From an uncultured Planctomycetota bacterium (GTDB taxonomy: Bacteria > Planctomycetota > Planctomycetia > Isosphaerales > Isosphaeraceae), in contig CAVTTN010000002.1 in NCBI GenBank assembly GCA_963737655.1, positions 6,720,001 through 6,784,000 on the forward strand: DNA of 64,000 nt, written 5' to 3'. The notes below the pieces were generated by a model. It was given only the letters and a program-made list of their open reading frames with translations, was not told where the DNA came from and searched no databases. Position numbers and translations under genes: made by a program. This document shows, piece after piece, positions 60,908 to 64,000 of the stretch; within the stretch, counting starts at the first letter, position 1; every line of letters begins with the position of its first letter.

Positions 60908-61287
60908 TCTTCGTGAACTCTTTGGCTGGGAACGGCCATCGACGCGCGACACTACCCCAACCCCAGGCTTTGTGGCCGGGCAGCGGCGAGGTCCGGGTAG
61001 CAAACCGACGGATTCAAGAGCGGCGGACGAGGCGCGGGCCGAGAGGGGAGTCGGTTACGTTTGCAGTCTCTTCGACGGGAACATCCCCGCGAGTCGGCTC
61101 GCGGGGCGTCGCCAATGACCGGATCACGACCTCTCGGGCCAGGCTAACCTACGGGCAGGGAGCACCAAGGTGGAGACGGCCGGGAGGCCCGCGCCACACT
61201 CAGGCTACGCCGCGCCGGGTCGGCGGGCAAGTCGTCCCCGACCCCCGTTCACGCCCCGTCGGGAGCGGACGAAGGCCGCAGGATGGT
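60908..61287 (-). mobile_element. 380-bp non-autonomous IS110-related mini-element, copy 1 (in attC 3)
   Basis: Between GCC 60905-60907 and TAAC 61288-61291; ends and right ~250 bp homologous to the IS110 ends and non-coding region; no transposase. Confidence 0.9.
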
Positions 61288-61384
61288 TAACCTTGCGCTG
61301 CAGCGGACCCGGCCACGGGCCGCGTTCTTTGTTCTTTCACGCTCACAGGTCCGTGGACCGGTCCGCTGAGCTTTGGCGTTAGGC
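61288..61384 (+). other. attC site 3 (interrupted)
   Basis: TAAC...CTGCAGCGGACC...GGTCCGCTGAG...GTTAGGC. Confidence 0.92.
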
Positions 61385-61408
61385 GTCTTCGCAGCGGAGG
61401 GGCACGCG

Positions 61409-61855
61409 GTGGGGATCACTCCGGCGACGCGGAAGCCGGTCCACCTCCTGACGGCTGCCGATCTCGCGGCGTTCCCGGTCTGGGAGTACGCCGACGATGA
61501 GGAGTCCGTCGAGGGTCGGGATGAGACCTGGATCCGCCCTGTCCCCGTCGAAGTCATGCCTTCCCGGAGCTATGCCATCGTCGCGGCGGACTTCGAGGCT
61601 GCTTGCGGTCGTCGCTTCCAGGGGTATGTCTTCGTCTCCACGTTGGAGGGCGCCCCCGACGCATGCCAGGGCGTCATCTGGTCAGGTTCGTCGGGCCTCT
61701 TCGTCGCTAACCCGGAGGCTGTCGTCTACAAGGGATCGCGGGCTGAGTTGCTCGCAGGGCTGGGCGTCGGCGAGCATGAGTTGTTCCCCCTGTCCTTCCG
61801 TCCGCGCGTTCCGGTCGAGGGTATGCAAGGGCTCTGGTCAGGCGTGTTACCCTAA
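61409..61855 (+). CDS. Cassette-encoded hypothetical protein
   Basis: GGAGG RBS, GTG start, RKPVHLLTAADLAAFPVWEYADDEE...DETWIRPV; stop abuts attC 4. Confidence 0.8.
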   Translation: MGITPATRKPVHLLTAADLAAFPVWEYADDEESVEGRDETWIRPVPVEVMPSRSYAIVAADFEAACGRRFQGYVFVSTLEGAPDACQGVIWSGSSGLFVANPEAVVYKGSRAELLAGLGVGEHELFPLSFRPRVPVEGMQGLWSGVLP

Positions 61856-61856
61856 C

Positions 61857-61958
61857 GCCTAACCCGGCGCTGCAGCGGACCCCGGCCACGGGCCGCGCTT
61901 TCTCTTCTGTTGTAGCTCAGTGGTCCGTGGCCGGGTCCGCTGAGCTTGGTCGTTAGGC
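61857..61958 (+). other. attC site 4 (intact)
   Basis: GCCTAAC...GTTAGGC with the same inner boxes. Confidence 0.93.
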
Positions 61959-61977
61959 GTCAGGGGGCGATCTCGCC

Positions 61978-62421
61978 GTGAGCGTCAAAGTCCTCGCGCT
62001 CGACCTTGAGCGAACGCTGATCGATGACGCCCTGAGCGCCCGCCCACGGCCCGGCCTCCGCGATTTCCTCGCCTTCTGCGACGAGAGCTTCACGCGGGTC
62101 GCCATCTACACCACGGTCGAGGAGACCGACGCCCGCGAAGTCATTGATGAACTGGCCCGTGAGGGCCACGTCACTCAGGCCCTGCTAGCGCGGCTGGAGT
62201 ACATCGATTGGTCGGGCGAGCACAAGGATCTTGCGTATGTGCCCGGCGTCGCCGCGGAAGAGGTGGTGCTCGTCGATGACGACGCCGGTTGGATCCGGCC
62301 GGATCAGCGAGGGAGCTGGGTCGCCATCAAGCCCTGGGACGGCGGGCCGGACGGCGAGTTGCCCCGCATCAGGTCAATACTCCAGGCCCTGGTCGCCGGT
62401 GTGGCCGCGCCGGATGCCTAA
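61978..62421 (+). CDS. Cassette-encoded HAD-superfamily (NIF/FCP1-like) protein
   Basis: VLALDLERTLI...RPGLRDFL...AIYT...KDL...VVLVDD; the second Asp of DxD is Glu; stop lies in the attC TAA. Confidence 0.75.
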   Translation: MSVKVLALDLERTLIDDALSARPRPGLRDFLAFCDESFTRVAIYTTVEETDAREVIDELAREGHVTQALLARLEYIDWSGEHKDLAYVPGVAAEEVVLVDDDAGWIRPDQRGSWVAIKPWDGGPDGELPRIRSILQALVAGVAAPDA

Positions 62422-62515
62422 CCTCGCGCTGCAGCGGACCCGGCCCGCCGCGGCGTTTTCTGGTATCATCAAGCCTTCACTTGGCGGTCCGGTCCGCTGA
62501 GCTTTGGCGTTAGGC
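62416..62515 (+). other. attC site 5 (intact)
   Basis: GCCTAAC...GTTAGGC with the same inner boxes. Confidence 0.93.
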
Positions 62516-62557
62516 GGCTCGACCTCAACCGTGGACGACGTGCACGATGACCCCTCG

Positions 62558-62977
62558 ATGGAGATACGCTCCTGCCACGGCAGGCGTGGCCTCCGCTTCC
62601 ACAGCCGGCGCGGAGACTACTTCCACGCGAGCGTCGAGGGTGACGGCCCGAGTGCCTCCGTGCGGGTCTGGGGCTACACCGATTGCCACCTCCTCGTCGA
62701 CCTCTTCGAGTCGATCGCCCACGACTGGCGCGGCTGGCAAGGCGAGCGTTCCTGGTCCTCCATCGAGGATGAGTTCCGCATCGGTGCCACCACCGACAAG
62801 GCGGGCCATGTCACCCTCTCGGTTGTGCTTGCTCACTGTGACGGGATGGACGACTGGCGGCTCTCGGTGCCGGTCTTCACCGAGGCCGGACAGCTCGAAA
62901 AGATCGCCCGAGAGGTCGCTCGCTTCTTCTCCGGCGATGCGAGCGGCCCCCCGCCCGCAGATGCCGCCTCTTCGTGA
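62558..62977 (+). CDS. Cassette-encoded hypothetical protein (DUF6228-like; start may be GTG 62531)
   Basis: LFESIAHDWRGWQGERSWSSIEDEF...GHVTLSV...EAGQLEKIAREVARFF; last two codons and stop come from the mini-element. Confidence 0.75.
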   Translation: MEIRSCHGRRGLRFHSRRGDYFHASVEGDGPSASVRVWGYTDCHLLVDLFESIAHDWRGWQGERSWSSIEDEFRIGATTDKAGHVTLSVVLAHCDGMDDWRLSVPVFTEAGQLEKIAREVARFFSGDASGPPPADAASS

Positions 62978-63348
62978 ACTCTTTGGCTGGGAACGGCCAT
63001 CGACGCGCGACACTACCCCAACCCCAGGCTTTGTGGCCGGGCAGCGGCGAGGTCCGGGTAGCAAACCGACGGATTCAAGAGCGGCGGACGAGGCGCGGGC
63101 CGAGAGGGGAGTCGGTTACGTTTGCAGTCTCTTCGACGGGAACATCCCCGCGAGTCGGCTCGCGGGGCGTCGCCAATGACCGGATCACGACCTCTCGGGC
63201 CAGGCTAACCTACGGGCAGGGAGCACCAAGGTGGAGACGGCCGGGAGGCCCGCGCCACACTCAGGCTACGCCGCGCCGGGTCGGCGGGCAAGTCGTCCCC
63301 GACCCCCGTTCACGCCCCGTCGGGAGCGGACGAAGGCCGCAGGATGGT
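62969..63348 (-). mobile_element. 380-bp non-autonomous IS110-related mini-element, copy 2 (in attC 6)
   Basis: Identical by eye to 60908-61287; between GCC 62966-62968 and TAAC 63349-63352. Confidence 0.9.
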
Positions 63349-63447
63349 TAACCTCGCGCTGCAGCGGACCCCGGCCACGGGCCGCGCCTTCTGCGTCTTC
63401 GTAACTCGCTGGTCCGTGGCCGGGTCCGCTGAGCTTGGTCGTTAGGC
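63349..63447 (+). other. attC site 6 (interrupted)
   Basis: TAAC...CTGCAGCGGACC...GGTCCGCTGAG...GTTAGGC. Confidence 0.92.
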
Positions 63448-63464
63448 GGCGGGAGGCTCCCGCG

Positions 63465-63785
63465 ATGGAATGGCCCGAACCGTGGTGCGATGTCGCCGAT
63501 CTCGGCCCCGACTTCGCGGCTACGTTCGAGCGCGTCCTGGTGCGCGAGGTCGCGAGGGGCCATCCGCTCCACGGCATCACGGTCGCAGCGGTCGGCAAGC
63601 GCGACGGCACCGACGACGTGCTATTTCGGCTGCTCGACGGCTCCGGGCGTGTTGCTGCCGTGCATCTGACCTGGACGCGCTCACCTCCCGAACGGCCACC
63701 CTGGCCGGCAACCGAACTATTCGCCAATTTCGAGGCGTTTGCCCGGCATCAGATGCAACCCGACCACGAGGAATACGTGACGTAG
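63465..63785 (+). CDS. Cassette-encoded hypothetical protein
   Basis: GGAGG RBS; MEWPEPW...EVARGHPLHG...DDVLFRL...AAVHLTW...PWPATELF. Confidence 0.8.
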   Translation: MEWPEPWCDVADLGPDFAATFERVLVREVARGHPLHGITVAAVGKRDGTDDVLFRLLDGSGRVAAVHLTWTRSPPERPPWPATELFANFEAFARHQMQPDHEEYVT

Positions 63786-63806
63786 CGGCGGGCACAGAAC
63801 GCCGCC

Positions 63807-64000
63807 TCTTCGTGAACTCTTTGGCTGGGAACGGCCATCGACGCGCGACACTACCCCAACCCCAGGCTTTGTGGCCGGGCAGCGGCGAGGTCCGGGTAGC
63901 AAACCGACGGATTCAAGAGCGGCGGACGAGGCGCGGGCCGAGAGGGGAGTCGGTTACGCTTGCAGTCTCTTCGACGGGAACATCCCCGCGAGTCGGCTCG
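63807..64000 (-). mobile_element. Mini-element copy 3 (runs off the right edge; presumably in attC 7)
   Basis: Starts after GCCGCC (63801-63806); matches copies 1 and 2 except T>C at 63959. Confidence 0.88.

Noticed and set aside
60796..63351. ORFs over the 380-bp element (e.g. 62974..63351, 125 aa) as a repeated protein gene
   Set aside because: R/G/P-rich with no RBS or motif, and the homologous IS110 region has indels relative to it; conservation fits an RNA or DNA role better.
58514..63447. Recurring ~100-bp GC-rich palindromes as a CRISPR array or REP/terminator family
   Set aside because: They have attC architecture (TAAC...GTTAGGC with inner boxes), gene-sized spacing and an adjacent intI; no cas genes and no constant spacer length.

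Overview
GC-rich DNA with Planctomycetota hallmarks: Arg-rich 'LExRxLL/LExRxxxS' N-terminal export motifs, ECF sigma/Ser-Thr kinase pairs and PEP-CTERM proteins. 1-42.5 kb holds three ECF + kinase pairs beside very large surface proteins. Three of these large proteins share a ~115-aa domain, and each is followed directly by a paralogous PEP-CTERM-family gene. The largest (~3,500 aa) is split by a 2.5-kb serine-recombinase element, and a decayed two-ORF IS lies nearby. 42.5-56.5 kb holds a PQQ dehydrogenase, a csrA/BON/USP cluster and a GrpE-like/Hsp70-like/TPR/TssB-TssC-like module. 57.1-64 kb is an integron (intI, attI, at least 7 cassettes). The most striking observation is that 4 of 7 attC sites are interrupted at the same base (GCC|TAAC): one by a complete IS110-family element and three by a near-identical 380-bp transposase-less element. 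That mini-element consists of IS110-like ends plus a homolog of the IS non-coding (putative bridge/seek RNA) region. An internal 7-mer co-varies with each element's own end, and a second 7-mer matches the attC target. Many genes carry single-base frameshifts, so pseudogene calls may partly reflect assembly error. All assignments are by eye; no searches were run.
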